NCBI GenBank assembly: GCA_963763185.1
Contig: CAVXNZ010000004.1
Location: 10,791 to 74,790, forward strand
Length of the DNA stretch: 64,000 bases
Direction: 5' to 3'
From: an uncultured Chloroflexia bacterium
Lineage (GTDB): Bacteria > Chloroflexota > Chloroflexia > Thermomicrobiales > Thermomicrobiaceae
The translations under genes were made by a program, and so were the position numbers. The notes beneath the pieces were generated by a model. That model ran no database searches. It was not told the DNA's origin and saw only the letters and a list, made by a program, of their open reading frames with translations. This document shows, piece after piece, positions 44,432 to 55,019 of the stretch (position 1 is its first letter; the number at the start of each line of letters is the position of its first letter).

Positions 44432-45313
44432 TTATTGCCGCGGGAGACGATCCGCGAGCGCGCTGGCGATTTCCTCGGCGGTCTTCCAGGTCGAGAACCG
44501 GGGGCCGAGGTCCCCATCGGGCTTGACGTCAGCGATCCACTGGAAGAGGACCGCGGCACCCTGGTGCAATTGGGGCGGCAAGCCAAGCGCCTCGAACGTT
44601 GAGGCCACCTCTTCCATCTCGCCGACCCAGCGGTCGGATTTGGCCGGCATGGTGGGGATCTGACGTTGCATCCAGGCAAGCAGTTCGCGCTGGCTGGAGC
44701 TGAACTCGGCGTCGAGCACATCGCCCAGCCCGAGTGCCTCGCTCGCGACCAGGATCTCGGTTGCCAGCGCGTTGAGGCCTTTGGTCAGCGCGCCGTAGCA
44801 CATCTTGAGGCCGGACGCTTTGCCGGATTCTTCTCCGATGACGCGAATGTCGAGCCCCAGATCGCGTAGCGATTCGAGTTCGGCGGCCCCCGGGCCGGAT
44901 GCATAGAGGCGAGGACCGGCCCCGTCGATCATGGGTGGGCCGCCGACGATGCCGACGTCAGCGAAACGAGCACCAACATCAGTCATGGTGGTTTCGATCG
45001 GTCGAACGGTATGCGGCGCGATGGCGTTGCAGTCAACGTAGAGAAGGCTCGTTCCGGTCTGGCGCACCGCTGTCGCCATGCGTTCGGCCACGTCGCGAGC
45101 AAGGGCTGGAGCAACGACGCAGAGAAGCACGTCAGCCTGCTCGACCAGGGCTTCGTCGCTTCCGACATCCGTGATCCCACCATTGCTCGCCCGATCGGCG
45201 GAGCGGTCGCTACGTCCAGAGAGGTTGGTTATGACGGTCGCGCCGTGGTGGTTCAGCACCGCGCCGATCGCGCTTCCCATCTGGCCCGGGCTAATCAGTC
45301 CAATGGTCGTCAT
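44432..45313 (-). CDS. NAD(P)-binding 6-phosphogluconate-dehydrogenase-like oxidoreductase (DUF1932-type C-terminus)
   Basis: ATG at 45313 (MTTIGLISPGQMGSAIG) forms an ATGA overlap with the upstream gene's stop. Confidence 0.78.
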   Translation of the reverse strand: MTTIGLISPGQMGSAIGAVLNHHGATVITNLSGRSDRSADRASNGGITDVGSDEALVEQADVLLCVVAPALARDVAERMATAVRQTGTSLLYVDCNAIAPHTVRPIETTMTDVGARFADVGIVGGPPMIDGAGPRLYASGPGAAELESLRDLGLDIRVIGEESGKASGLKMCYGALTKGLNALATEILVASEALGLGDVLDAEFSSSQRELLAWMQRQIPTMPAKSDRWVGEMEEVASTFEALGLPPQLHQGAAVLFQWIADVKPDGDLGPRFSTWKTAEEIASALADRLPRQ

Positions 45314-45987
45314 TTCACGTCCTTTCGTGCTTCTGGGTTCAGGGTCTCGGCGATCCGTGGATAGTCCAGAATAGAGTTTCCATCCCGCAGCCACTGTCGA
45401 ATGTTCGGCGAATTGGCGAAGCGCTGCCGGACTCGCTCGAGCACGTCGGCGGCCTCTTCCGGCCGGATCACCACGATACCGTCGTCGTCAGCTACGACCA
45501 GGTCGCCAGGCGAGACTGGCACGCCGCCGCAGTTGACGGTCGTGTTGATCTCGCTGTCGACGCCACTACCGCGAGCCAGGAGTCCGGAGACGGACCGCGA
45601 GTAGACCGGCCAGCGAAGGTCGGTGATCTCCATGGTATCGGTGATGGCGCCGTCGACGATCAGCCCAGCGATCCCTTTGGCTTTGGCGAGCATGGTGGTG
45701 AAACCACCCCAGCAGGCGATCTCGGTATCACCACCCCGGTCCATCACGATAACGTCGCCGGGCTGGGCGGCTTCGATGATCTTGCGGTTCGATATGCCGC
45801 CGGTGCTTGGCATGCGGAGCGTCACGGCCGTGCCGACGAGATGGATGTCGCGCCAGACGGGCCTGATGGCGGTGCTCATGAATCCCCACTGCAGGATATG
45901 CCCGATGTCACCGACTCCGATCGACCGGTACCCTTCGATGATCTCCTGAGGGATCGTTCGCTGGTGATCGCGAATGATGTCCGGCAC
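45310..45987 (-). CDS. RraA family protein (aldolase/decarboxylase-like)
   Basis: GTG at 45987 is preceded by AAGGGAG. Contains GDVIVMDRGGD...ACWGG and GLIVDGAITD. The long N-terminal part of track ORF 45310..46152 looks non-coding. Confidence 0.8.
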   Translation of the reverse strand: MPDIIRDHQRTIPQEIIEGYRSIGVGDIGHILQWGFMSTAIRPVWRDIHLVGTAVTLRMPSTGGISNRKIIEAAQPGDVIVMDRGGDTEIACWGGFTTMLAKAKGIAGLIVDGAITDTMEITDLRWPVYSRSVSGLLARGSGVDSEINTTVNCGGVPVSPGDLVVADDDGIVVIRPEEAADVLERVRQRFANSPNIRQWLRDGNSILDYPRIAETLNPEARKDVK

Positions 45988-46188
45988 GTGCCGCTCCCTT
46001 CGCTCTCGCGTCCATGATCGTGTACGGGCATCATACTGCCGGTGGACTGCAGAGCGCGAACCGGGCCAACGGCTGTGAAATAAGCACCGGAGCGGGGACG
46101 TCTTAGCGTATGATGGATTCTTCAGGCTGGACTGCGGGTATCCTGAATTCAAGAGGACGCACGCATTGTGTTGAACGAGGAGAAGGCC

Positions 46189-46569
46189 ATGGCGAACTTT
46201 GACCGGTCGGTTCTTGATGCGGCCAGTGAACAGCGTGAGGTGGAATTGACGACGTGGGGCCGGAAGACCGGCAACCCATCGCGCAAGATCCTCTGGGTCT
46301 TCGTCGAAGACGACCGGATCTTTGTCCGCAGTGGAGGAGGGCTACAACGTGATTGGCCCCAGAATTTCCTGTCACGCGGTCACGCGATTCTCCACGTGGA
46401 CGGTCGCGACATCCCGGTCACCGGACGGCACGTGACTGACTCTGAGCTAGCGCGGAGCGTTTCCGCGGCGGCCGCGCGAAAGTACCAGGCAAACGTCCAG
46501 CGCTCCAGTGGTGACGAGCCGTTGACTCCGGGAGAGAGCGCAACGTTCGAACTCCTGCCGGATCAGTAG
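46189..46569 (+). CDS. split-barrel flavin/deazaflavin-dependent nitroreductase-like protein (DUF385-like)
   Basis: ATG at 46189 follows GAGGAG. Contains TTWGRKTGNPSRKILWVF...VRSGGG..DWPQN. Confidence 0.6.
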   Translation: MANFDRSVLDAASEQREVELTTWGRKTGNPSRKILWVFVEDDRIFVRSGGGLQRDWPQNFLSRGHAILHVDGRDIPVTGRHVTDSELARSVSAAAARKYQANVQRSSGDEPLTPGESATFELLPDQ

Positions 46570-46768
46570 CGCTCGAACGGGGAAACGAGCGCGCCTCCGA
46601 GTATGACGTTGTCCGGTATCCTCGGACCAGCCGGTACGTTCGGATGCTGGCGGCAATCCTGCGAGTTCGTGATTGGCTACCGGGCACTGGGCCGTCGTGT
46701 CCGACGTTAACTCGAAATCGCGTGCGTGTCCCAGCCCAGGATGGCCGCCGCGAAGAGGATTGGCTGCG

Positions 46769-48169
46769 ATGACGTCCTTTTCACTCGACCGGTTGAAGAA
46801 CAACTGGCAGAACACGAAGTCGAGTCTCTGGTTCTTGCCGACGGCCCTGGGATTACTCGCGTTGATCCTGTCCTATGCGGTGCCCGCCATTGACACCCAT
46901 CTGCCGCGTCAGATCGCGGCCCACAGTGGATGGCTCTTCTATGGTTCTCCAGACGCGGCGCGCACGCTTGTCTCGACACTGGCCGGATCGCTGATTACGG
47001 TCATCTCGCTCCTCTTTTCGATCACCATCCTGACGATGCAACAGGCGTCGACCCAATTTACGTCACGCGTGTTGCGGAACTTCACCGACGATCGTGGAGT
47101 CCAGTGGGTATTGGGCACCTATATCGCGACATTCGTCTACTGCATTCTCATTCTCCGTCGCGTCCGCAGCGCGACTGGGGGAGTAGCGAACTTTGTGCCG
47201 GTCCTCAGCATTACCCTGGCGATTGTCCTGGCTGTCATCTGCGTCGCGCTGCTGGTTTACTACGTCCATCACATTGCCACGTTACTCCAGAGTGCGACCG
47301 TCATCGAGCGGGTGCACCGGTCCCTGATTTCCGTCATCGAGGATCGGTACCCAACGCGGAGTTCAGACGAGGATGAGCATGCCGACCCGGCTTCCAAGAA
47401 TCGGACGGCGGACATTCGCCGTCTCGCCGCCGATCCAGATGCCTTCCAGGTTCACGCGCAGGCCTTCGGTTTCCTACGTTCCATCGACGAAAACACCGTG
47501 CTCAAACTATTGCCGGATGAATCAGTCGGCATCGTCGACGTGGCACTTGGCCAGTATGTTCCAGCCGACACAGCCCTCCTGAAGGTGAGCAAGTCGATCG
47601 ATGATGCTGGCTGTCTGAAGAGGATACGTGCCGCGTTCATCCTGGACCGGCAACGTTCATTGCCCGATGACGTCCTGTTCGGTGTTCGGCAGTTGGTCGA
47701 CATTGCGTTGCGTGCGTTATCACCTGCGATCAATGACCCGACAACTGCCGAACACGTGATCGCAACGCTCAGTAACGTGCTCATTGATCTGGGAGGACGG
47801 TCGCTCCCGTCGCCCGTCCGGCATCGATCGGACAGCGACGAATCGCGGTCTCCGGTAATGTGGGTGCGGCGCCCAACCTATGCTGACTTCGTTGAATCCG
47901 CGTTCTCGCAGATTCGGCGGGCGGCGCGAAACGATGTAGATGTCACCTTGCATCTGCTGCATGCGCTTCGCTCGGTTGCGCTGCGGGTAAACGAAGACCA
48001 TGCACGCCCTGTTTGGGAGCAGGTCTCACGGATCGTCACTCAGATCAACGAGTCGAATTTCACGCCTGAAGACCGGGCCATGCTTCTGCGGGTTGCGAAT
48101 TCTGGCGACACTTCGGAGGGTGTCGCCGGAATCGTCGAGAGTGGAGCCGGCGGCGAACGTTTCCGGTAG
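46769..48169 (+). CDS. DUF2254-like membrane protein
   Basis: ATG at 46769 (MTSFSLDRLKNNWQ..). 4 N-terminal TM helices followed by a soluble domain. Confidence 0.7.
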   Translation: MTSFSLDRLKNNWQNTKSSLWFLPTALGLLALILSYAVPAIDTHLPRQIAAHSGWLFYGSPDAARTLVSTLAGSLITVISLLFSITILTMQQASTQFTSRVLRNFTDDRGVQWVLGTYIATFVYCILILRRVRSATGGVANFVPVLSITLAIVLAVICVALLVYYVHHIATLLQSATVIERVHRSLISVIEDRYPTRSSDEDEHADPASKNRTADIRRLAADPDAFQVHAQAFGFLRSIDENTVLKLLPDESVGIVDVALGQYVPADTALLKVSKSIDDAGCLKRIRAAFILDRQRSLPDDVLFGVRQLVDIALRALSPAINDPTTAEHVIATLSNVLIDLGGRSLPSPVRHRSDSDESRSPVMWVRRPTYADFVESAFSQIRRAARNDVDVTLHLLHALRSVALRVNEDHARPVWEQVSRIVTQINESNFTPEDRAMLLRVANSGDTSEGVAGIVESGAGGERFR

Positions 48170-48190
48170 CCAGCTCTCACTCGAACTCAG

Positions 48191-49339
48191 CTATACGGAG
48201 ATCTTGATCGATTCCAATGCCTGCTCGAAATCGCCGATGATATCAGTTGCGTTCTCGCAGCCCACCGAGACGCGCACCCGGTTTTCCCCGTGTGGCCAGA
48301 CGAGGGTCGAGACATCACCCAGGCTGACGGCATGAGCGCAGAGCTTCAGTTCGTTCGCGAACCGGCTGGGCACGTCGGCCCCGCCCTCTATCTCGAACGA
48401 GAGCATGCCGCCGTATTTACCGTTCAGGAGTCGCTTGGCGACGTCGTGACCGGGGTGGCCCACAAGTCCGGCGTAGTTGACCTTTTTGACTTCCGGCTGT
48501 CGCTCGAGGAAGTTGGCCAGCTCCATCGCGTTCTGGCAGTGTCGCTCCATACGCAATTCCAGCGTCTTGACGCCGCGCAGCAGCAGCCAGGAATTGAATG
48601 GGCTGATGCAGGAGCCAAGGACCTCGATTTGCCGCAGGATCGGATCGATCAGGGCCTTGTCACCGGCGATGACTCCGGCGAGGGCGTCACCATGGCCGCT
48701 GATGTACTTGGTCGCGGAGTGGAGCGACAGGTGCGCCCCGTGCTCAAGCGGCCGGAAGAGATAGGGGCTACAGAAGGTGTTGTCGACGATCAAGACCACG
48801 TCATTGGCCCGGGCGATCTCGGCGAGAGCCGGGATGTCGGCCACGCGGATGCTCGGGTTGGCCAGGAACTCCGTGTAGATGACTTTGGTATTCGGGTTGA
48901 TGGCGGCGCGAACGGCATCGAGATCGGTGATGTCAACGCGCGTCACCGCGACGTTGTCGGCGGGCGCCTCCTCGTTCATGAAGATGTTCGCCCAGAAGTA
49001 GATATCGTCCGAGGCGACAATGTGATCGCCCGAGCGGGCCAGCGAACGAAGCGCCGCCGCGATTACGCCCATTCCGGACGCGCCAGCCACGGCCGCCTCA
49101 GCGCCTTCCAGGTCGGCGATCTTCTTCTCCAACGCGGCGGTGGTCGGGTTGCCTCCACGCGTGTAGACCCAGCCCTCGATCTCGCCGCTCGTCACGGCGG
49201 CTTTGTCCTCGAGTGAGTGAAATTGGTAGGTCGTCGTCTGGTAGATCGGCGTATTGTGGGCGCGGGTCGCCGGATCGCTGTGCTCGCCCGCGTGGATCGC
49301 TCTGGTCGAGAAGCCGAACCTGTTGTCGGGTGCGTCCAT
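48191..49339 (-). CDS. Cys/Met-metabolism PLP-dependent enzyme (cystathionine gamma-synthase/lyase or O-acylhomoserine sulfhydrylase family)
   Basis: 382-aa ORF with the PLP-lysine block HSATKYISGHGD. Confidence 0.9.
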   Translation of the reverse strand: MDAPDNRFGFSTRAIHAGEHSDPATRAHNTPIYQTTTYQFHSLEDKAAVTSGEIEGWVYTRGGNPTTAALEKKIADLEGAEAAVAGASGMGVIAAALRSLARSGDHIVASDDIYFWANIFMNEEAPADNVAVTRVDITDLDAVRAAINPNTKVIYTEFLANPSIRVADIPALAEIARANDVVLIVDNTFCSPYLFRPLEHGAHLSLHSATKYISGHGDALAGVIAGDKALIDPILRQIEVLGSCISPFNSWLLLRGVKTLELRMERHCQNAMELANFLERQPEVKKVNYAGLVGHPGHDVAKRLLNGKYGGMLSFEIEGGADVPSRFANELKLCAHAVSLGDVSTLVWPHGENRVRVSVGCENATDIIGDFEQALESIKISV

Positions 49340-49505
49340 CGCTGTTCCTCCCTGTTCGACCGCAGCGCGGCCAGTCGTGTCGCGAGGCTATTGTCGCATA
49401 CCCTCTGACCGCCGCTGTCGTCGCGCGCCCAGTCATTTTCAGCCGTGGCCCTGGGGGTTAGTATGGAACCATCATCGGATTGGTCAACAACCTGGAGGAT
49501 GAACC

Positions 49506-51227
49506 TTGGGCACGCGAAGCCAGTGGATCATCGACAAGACGGAGGCAATCTCGAAAGATGGCATGGTCGCGGCGATGCAGCCTCTGGCGGCCGAAGCCGG
49601 AGCCGCGATGCTAAAGCGCGGGGGGAGTGCCATCGACGCCGCGGTCGCAACCGCGTTCGCGGTCGGCGTGGTCGAGCCATTCATGAGCGGCGTTGGCGGC
49701 ATCGCCTTCATGGTCTACCGCGACGCGGCGAGCGGCCGGACCATCTGCTTCGACGGCAGCACCGTCCTGCCGCGCGCGATTCGTCCCGAGATGTTCGAGC
49801 TCGATCCGGACGCTCCGCCATCCGGGATGTATGGATGGCCCGCGACCATGGGGGACGCAAGTAATACTGGCTGGCTGGCACCCGGTGTGCCGGGCACGCC
49901 GCATCTGCTCGGCGAGGCGCATCGTCGATACGGACGGCTCCCCTGGAGTGAGGTTCTACAACCAGCCATCAAATTGGCCGAGGAAGGCTTCGAGGTCAAC
50001 CACTACGTGGCGATGTCGATCGCCGCGGCCTACGAGAACTTGCATCGGTTCCCGGAGTCGAAGCGCACCTTTTTCCGCCCGAGCGGTGCGCCGCCCGCGC
50101 CTTCGGTCGGTGGCAGAGGCGACAAACTGGTTCAGTCCGACCTCGCTCGGACGTTGAAGCTGATCGCCGAAGAGGGACCCGACACGGTCTATCACGGTGA
50201 AGTATCCCGGCTGATCGCCGAGGACATGCGGCGAAATGGCGGATTGATCACCGAAGAGGACCTGGCGGCCCACGCGACGCGCATCTTCGACCCAGAGGTG
50301 ATCGAATATCGTGGATACCAGGTAGCGGGACAGCTTATCTGCAGCGGCTACCCCACGATCGCGGAAGCCTTGCAGATCCTTGAGGGGTACGACCTGGGCA
50401 AGATGGGATTCCAATCGACCGAGGCCACGCACTTGATCATCGAGGCGCTGCGACGCGCGTTGGTCGATCGTCTCTCCTTCCTGGGCGATCCGGACCTGGC
50501 GCCGGTTCCGCTCAAGGGTGCCGTCTCGCGTGGCTATGCCGAGGCACGACGCGCGACGATCGACCTGGAGCGTGCGACGCCGGACGAGGGGCCGGGAGAT
50601 CCCTGGCCGTTCGAGCCGGATCGCGACGCGGTCTACCCCGAGCGCGCCGGAGTCACCGGCGAGGGGCAGACGACGCACATCTCGGTGGTCGACAAGGACC
50701 GGAACGTCGTCTCGCTGACCTCGACGCTGGGCGCCGCTTTTGGATCAGGCGTCGTGATCAAGGGGGCAGGCATCACGTTGAATAACGCCGTGACCTGGTT
50801 CGATCCGCGTCCCGGCGCGGTCACGTCGATTGGGCCAGGCAAACGCGTCATGTCGGCGGCGACGCCAGTGATCCTGATGCGGGACGGCAAGCCTTACGCG
50901 GCCGTCGGGTCGCCGGGCGGACGCCGGGTGATGTCGGCCGTCTACCAGATCATCGTCAACCTGATCGACTTCGGACTCGGGATGCAGGCGGCTATTTCGG
51001 CGCCGCGCGTCCACTCGGAAGGTCCGGCGACCGAGATCTCGACGCGCTTCCCAAGCGAGGTAATCGAACAGCTCGAGCAGATGGGACATCAGATCGTGCG
51101 GCGCGAGGAGTCGATCTCATCCAGCTTCTTCGCTCGGCCAAACGGCGTGAAGATCGATCCGGAAACCGGCGAACTGTCGGCCGGCGTCTTCCCGTACACG
51201 CCAGCGACGGCTATCGGCGTGGATTAG
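49506..51227 (+). CDS. ggt: gamma-glutamyltransferase family protein (no obvious signal peptide)
   Basis: 573-aa ORF with the autoprocessing Thr block GEGQTTHISVVD, and GSPGGRR. TTG start; an alternative ATG is at 49563. Confidence 0.9.
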   Translation: MGTRSQWIIDKTEAISKDGMVAAMQPLAAEAGAAMLKRGGSAIDAAVATAFAVGVVEPFMSGVGGIAFMVYRDAASGRTICFDGSTVLPRAIRPEMFELDPDAPPSGMYGWPATMGDASNTGWLAPGVPGTPHLLGEAHRRYGRLPWSEVLQPAIKLAEEGFEVNHYVAMSIAAAYENLHRFPESKRTFFRPSGAPPAPSVGGRGDKLVQSDLARTLKLIAEEGPDTVYHGEVSRLIAEDMRRNGGLITEEDLAAHATRIFDPEVIEYRGYQVAGQLICSGYPTIAEALQILEGYDLGKMGFQSTEATHLIIEALRRALVDRLSFLGDPDLAPVPLKGAVSRGYAEARRATIDLERATPDEGPGDPWPFEPDRDAVYPERAGVTGEGQTTHISVVDKDRNVVSLTSTLGAAFGSGVVIKGAGITLNNAVTWFDPRPGAVTSIGPGKRVMSAATPVILMRDGKPYAAVGSPGGRRVMSAVYQIIVNLIDFGLGMQAAISAPRVHSEGPATEISTRFPSEVIEQLEQMGHQIVRREESISSSFFARPNGVKIDPETGELSAGVFPYTPATAIGVD

Positions 51228-51239
51228 CCCGCGGGAGTG

Positions 51240-51376
51240 GCCCTCACTCCCGGCCCCTCTCCCGTACGTACGAGAGAGGGGGGCGGCCCACTCGATGTGG
51301 GGAACCCTCTCCTGATCTCGGGAGAGGGTGGCGAGCTTGCGAGCCGGGTGAGGGCTGCCGGGGGGTGAGGGCTGTT
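51240..51376 (-). repeat. REP-like palindromic intergenic element, copy 2 (inverted relative to copy 1)
   Basis: The reverse complement of 51303-51357 matches 15962-16017, differing only at the two positions after GGCTCGC and in the hairpin loop. There are additional ccctctc/gagaggg hairpins and a GGTGAGGGCTGTTC end. It lies between convergent genes. Confidence 0.8.
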
Positions 51377-51789
51377 CACTCTTCCTCGAACACGATGTCC
51401 TGTGCGCCTTCCCAGACGACGAGGCGGCCGAGCTCCTTCAGGTGCTCCTGGCCCTCCACGATCGTCAGGAAGTGGTTTCCGGCAAGCTGGCCCATCTTGC
51501 TGGCGAAACACGTCGAGCCATAGGGAAACAGGATCTCGGTTTCACTGTAGCCGCCCGGATAGAGCAGGATGTCGCCGCGTGACGGGTAGCTGGTGTGGTT
51601 CTCGAAGCCGATGCCCAGGTCGAAGTCGCCGAGGGGGATCCATGCAGACTCACCGCTCCACCGCGCCTGGATAATCTTGTTGCGGAAGGGGAGTTGGGCA
51701 CGAAAGGCGGCGCAAGTCTTTGGCGCTGCCTCTTCCTCCCAACGGGCGATGAACGTTAGCGGGCCGACCCTGATGCGAACTCTGCTCAC
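51376..51789 (-). CDS. DUF3830-like (cyclophilin-like fold) protein
   Basis: 137-aa ORF. I recognise the sequence pattern IARWEEEAAPKTCAAF..ARWSGE as that family, but this is unverified. Confidence 0.65.
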   Translation of the reverse strand: MSRVRIRVGPLTFIARWEEEAAPKTCAAFRAQLPFRNKIIQARWSGESAWIPLGDFDLGIGFENHTSYPSRGDILLYPGGYSETEILFPYGSTCFASKMGQLAGNHFLTIVEGQEHLKELGRLVVWEGAQDIVFEEE

Positions 51790-51912
51790 GAGGTTTGTCC
51801 TTCCAATAATATGATGGGGCCGGATCGTCGTGATCCCCAGGTTGACCTATGATGACAGAGGGCCGTGATCCTGTCGCGGCGTGATAGACGTTCGCAAATT
51901 GAGAAGCTGGGT

Positions 51913-52644
51913 ATGTCAACACCTTGTCTCGCGGTTGATCTGGTGACCTTCGATATCGGCGGTACGCTCCTGACCTTCCGGCCGGATCAGGTTCAGGAAT
52001 GGGTGAGAGTGCTCGCCGAGATTGGGCTGACGGTTGACGAGAAGCGCGTCCATGCGGCGATTGATGCGGAGAGGCCCAATGCACGAGCGCGGCGCGTTAA
52101 GAGCGTGCCGGAGGATCACCGGGTTACACCAGAAGCCGGAGAAGCGAGGCGCCGCCAGTTCATTCGTAACGTTCTCGAAAACGCAGAGGTCGAGGATCGC
52201 GTCCTGGAGCGGGCGACCGCGGCAGTGAAGGAGGCGTTCGATTCTCCGCGCATGTACGTCGCGTACGACGACGCCCTCCCAACACTTCGCGAGCTCTGGT
52301 TGCGTGGCCTGAAGCTGGCCGCGATCTCGAATACCTGGCCGTCGATGCCGAAGATCCTGAAAGCACTTGGGTTCGATCAGTACCTCGGTTACTGGATGAT
52401 GTCGGAGTTCGTCGGCGTGGAAAAACCGGCTCCCGAGATCTTCCAGCGAGCGCTCGATTTCGGAGCGTCGGAGCCGGGACGCGCGGTGCACGTGGGTGAT
52501 GATGTCACGACCGACGTTAAAGGAGCACTTGGCGTCGGGATGCAGGCGGTGCTGCTCGACCGTGGCGGTCACTTCGAGACGCCGCCCGAGCACGGGGTCC
52601 GGGTTATTCGGCGTCTGGATGAACTGCTGACGCTGATCGGGTAG
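51913..52644 (+). CDS. HAD-superfamily hydrolase
   Basis: ATG at 51913. Motif I VTFDIGGTL and motif IV HVGDD. Confidence 0.85.
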   Translation: MSTPCLAVDLVTFDIGGTLLTFRPDQVQEWVRVLAEIGLTVDEKRVHAAIDAERPNARARRVKSVPEDHRVTPEAGEARRRQFIRNVLENAEVEDRVLERATAAVKEAFDSPRMYVAYDDALPTLRELWLRGLKLAAISNTWPSMPKILKALGFDQYLGYWMMSEFVGVEKPAPEIFQRALDFGASEPGRAVHVGDDVTTDVKGALGVGMQAVLLDRGGHFETPPEHGVRVIRRLDELLTLIG

Positions 52645-52664
52645 ACCGGCGACTGGCTCAGGAT

Positions 52665-53972
52665 TCAGTCCGGTCCGGCGGGCTTCGGAGCCGACTTCGC
52701 GGTGCTGGGCTCTGCCATTTCGCGTTTCACGCTCGTCTCCTTCGCAACCAGTGCGAATACGGCGGCCGCGACGATCAGCAGGATCAGATTCACATAAAGA
52801 GAAAACGAGAAGCCGGAACGGTCGGCGAGCCAGCCGAGTAACACCGGACCAATGACGAAGCCGAGGTCGCTGATGGTGCGAAAGAGGCCGAGTGTCGCGC
52901 CGTAGTTCTCGCCGCGCGCCAGGTCGGCAACGTAGGCAGCTGGAGCAGGACCGGCGATACCGGTTCCTGCACCCATGACCGCGGCAGCGACGAAGAACAT
53001 CGCCGTTCCGGGCGCGGTGGCAAAGAGCAGCAGCGAGAAAGCGCTCACCAGCAGGCTCGGCACGATGACCGGTTTCCGGCCCAGCCGGTCGATGCCCCAG
53101 CCCGCGACCGGCAACGTGACAACGTTGAAAACGGCCGCCACCGTGAGCACCAGGCCAATAGTCGATTCGGACATATGGAGTCGCTCGGCGCCGAGCAGTG
53201 GGATGATCGTCGAGCGGCTGCCGGTGCGCATGAAGAAGATCGAGAGCGAGACGAGCGACACCGCCAGAAATCCGGGATTGAGCAACATCGACCAGGTCCG
53301 CGGCGCGGCCTGACCAGTTCCCCCGCTGGTGCTGGGACTTGCCCGACGCCGCGACTGGTTGGCCGGATCGAGCGTCTCCTTGACCCTGAAGTAGGCCCAG
53401 ACCGCGGCAAGCGACGAGATTACCGCGTAGATATAGAAGACGCCCTGCAGCCCCACCACTCCGGCCGCGAGACCGCCGATCGATGGCCCGATGCTCGTTC
53501 CCAGCAAGAGCGAACCCTGGAAAACGGTCATCAGACGACCGCGTGTTTCCGGCGTCGAAATGTCGGCAAGCATGGTCATGGCCGCGGTGGCAAAGATCGC
53601 AGAACCGGCTCCCTGCACGAAACGCGCGGCGACCAGCAGCCAGAAACTCGGAGCGAGCCCGGCGAAAATGGCTCCTGCCGTGGTGATGAGCGGCGCGAAG
53701 ACGATGAGGGGTCGACGGCCAATGCGGTCAGCCAGTCGCCCGGCCGGGAGATTGGCGAAGAGACGGGCGAGGCCGAACGCCGTGACGAGCATTCCCACCA
53801 GGGCCGACGAGACGCCGAAGGAGGCGCCATAGAGGGGGAGTACCGGCGAAATCATGCCGAAGCCGACCATGACGAAGACCATCATGATGCAGAGCGTCAG
53901 CAGGGTCTCATTCTCGCGAAGTGCTGCCAGCCCGTGTGTCAGTTGACCGCCGCGCCGTCGCAATGTCTCCAT
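52665..53972 (-). CDS. MFS transporter
   Basis: 435-aa ORF, 12 TM, GRLADRIGRR loop motif. Confidence 0.92.
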   Translation of the reverse strand: METLRRRGGQLTHGLAALRENETLLTLCIMMVFVMVGFGMISPVLPLYGASFGVSSALVGMLVTAFGLARLFANLPAGRLADRIGRRPLIVFAPLITTAGAIFAGLAPSFWLLVAARFVQGAGSAIFATAAMTMLADISTPETRGRLMTVFQGSLLLGTSIGPSIGGLAAGVVGLQGVFYIYAVISSLAAVWAYFRVKETLDPANQSRRRASPSTSGGTGQAAPRTWSMLLNPGFLAVSLVSLSIFFMRTGSRSTIIPLLGAERLHMSESTIGLVLTVAAVFNVVTLPVAGWGIDRLGRKPVIVPSLLVSAFSLLLFATAPGTAMFFVAAAVMGAGTGIAGPAPAAYVADLARGENYGATLGLFRTISDLGFVIGPVLLGWLADRSGFSFSLYVNLILLIVAAAVFALVAKETSVKREMAEPSTAKSAPKPAGPD

Positions 53973-54030
53973 GATCGAGAGAATAGCACGAATGAGGGCA
54001 ACTCGATCAAACGCCTATGAGAGAACAATG

Positions 54031-54061
54031 GAACGGGACCGCCACCGTGGCGGTCCCGTTC
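54031..54061 (-). terminator. 14-bp perfect hairpin (gaacgggaccgcca / tggcggtcccgttc) downstream of the LysM-SLT gene
   Basis: Lies about 75 nt after the stop at 54135. The minus-strand tail is CATTGTTCTCTC. Confidence 0.55.
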
Positions 54062-54134
54062 GGCTTGCAGTCCGCGCCAGGGGGACACCGGCGCGGAGCA
54101 AGGGAAGTGGGGACTCAACGTTGAACGACGCCCG

Positions 54135-55019
54135 CTAACGTGGTGGAACGCCGTAAACCAGCAGATACGACCGGATAGCCATGACGTTGGCGACGTATTG
54201 CCGTGTCTCCGGGAGCATGCCGTCACGCTGGAGACTGCCCGGTCCCTGGTAATAGGCCGCGACACCGAGCTCGACGCTGCCGGTTCGATCGATCAGGAAG
54301 CGAAGATAGGCCACACCCGCCTCGACGTTGTCGGTAACATTTCCGCTCACATCGAGTGGACGCCCAACCACGTCGGTCGCGAGCCAGTCGGCGGTCGCGG
54401 GCATGAGTTGCATGACGCCGATCGCTCCGGCCGAGCTGACCACATTCTGTCGCCAGCCGCTCTCCTGCCAGGCGAGAGCTTCGACCGCGGCCGGCTCCAG
54501 TCCATAGCGCGACGCGTATTCCGCCAGCAGTGACTGGACATTAGCTGACGAGGCGACGACTGGCGCCGGTGACGTCGTCGACCCACCGGGGATGACGAGA
54601 TTCTGACCGACGTAGATCGTGTTTGGATCGACCAGATCAGGATTGGCAGCGATCAGTTGCGCCACCGTTGTACGCCGTGTCGCGGCAATCGACGTCAGCG
54701 TCTCGCCCGGTTGCACGGCGTAGCTTCCGGCCGGTGGCGGACCTGCCGGCGGCGCCTGGCCCGGGACGTCGATCGTCTCGCCGGCATAGATTAGATTGAC
54801 GTTGACGATGTGATTCTGCGCGGCGAGCACGTCGAGTGGGACGCCGTACGCGTCGGCAATGCCGCTCAGGGTCTCACCAGGCTGAATGACGTGTGAGCTG
54901 TCCGCCGCCGCCGGGAGAATCGTGGCGGTCGACAGGAACACGGTGGTCGCGACGACAGTGCAGAGTGGCCGCCAACTTGGAACCTTGATCATTTCCCAGC
55001 TCCTAGAAGTTTTACCCAA
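54135..55019 (-). CDS. secreted peptidoglycan hydrolase: two LysM domains plus a lytic transglycosylase (SLT) domain
   Basis: The YxVQPGETL LysM pattern occurs twice. The catalytic block is ALAWQESGW. Confidence 0.9.
   Translation of the reverse strand: MGKTSRSWEMIKVPSWRPLCTVVATTVFLSTATILPAAADSSHVIQPGETLSGIADAYGVPLDVLAAQNHIVNVNLIYAGETIDVPGQAPPAGPPPAGSYAVQPGETLTSIAATRRTTVAQLIAANPDLVDPNTIYVGQNLVIPGGSTTSPAPVVASSANVQSLLAEYASRYGLEPAAVEALAWQESGWRQNVVSSAGAIGVMQLMPATADWLATDVVGRPLDVSGNVTDNVEAGVAYLRFLIDRTGSVELGVAAYYQGPGSLQRDGMLPETRQYVANVMAIRSYLLVYGVPPR

Noticed and set aside
49340-49505. Possible SAM riboswitch upstream of the Cys/Met PLP enzyme gene.
   Set aside because: I could not find SAM-I, SAM-II or SAM-IV core motifs by eye, and the spacer is short and also serves the divergent ggt gene. 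Only a covariance-model scan could revive this idea.
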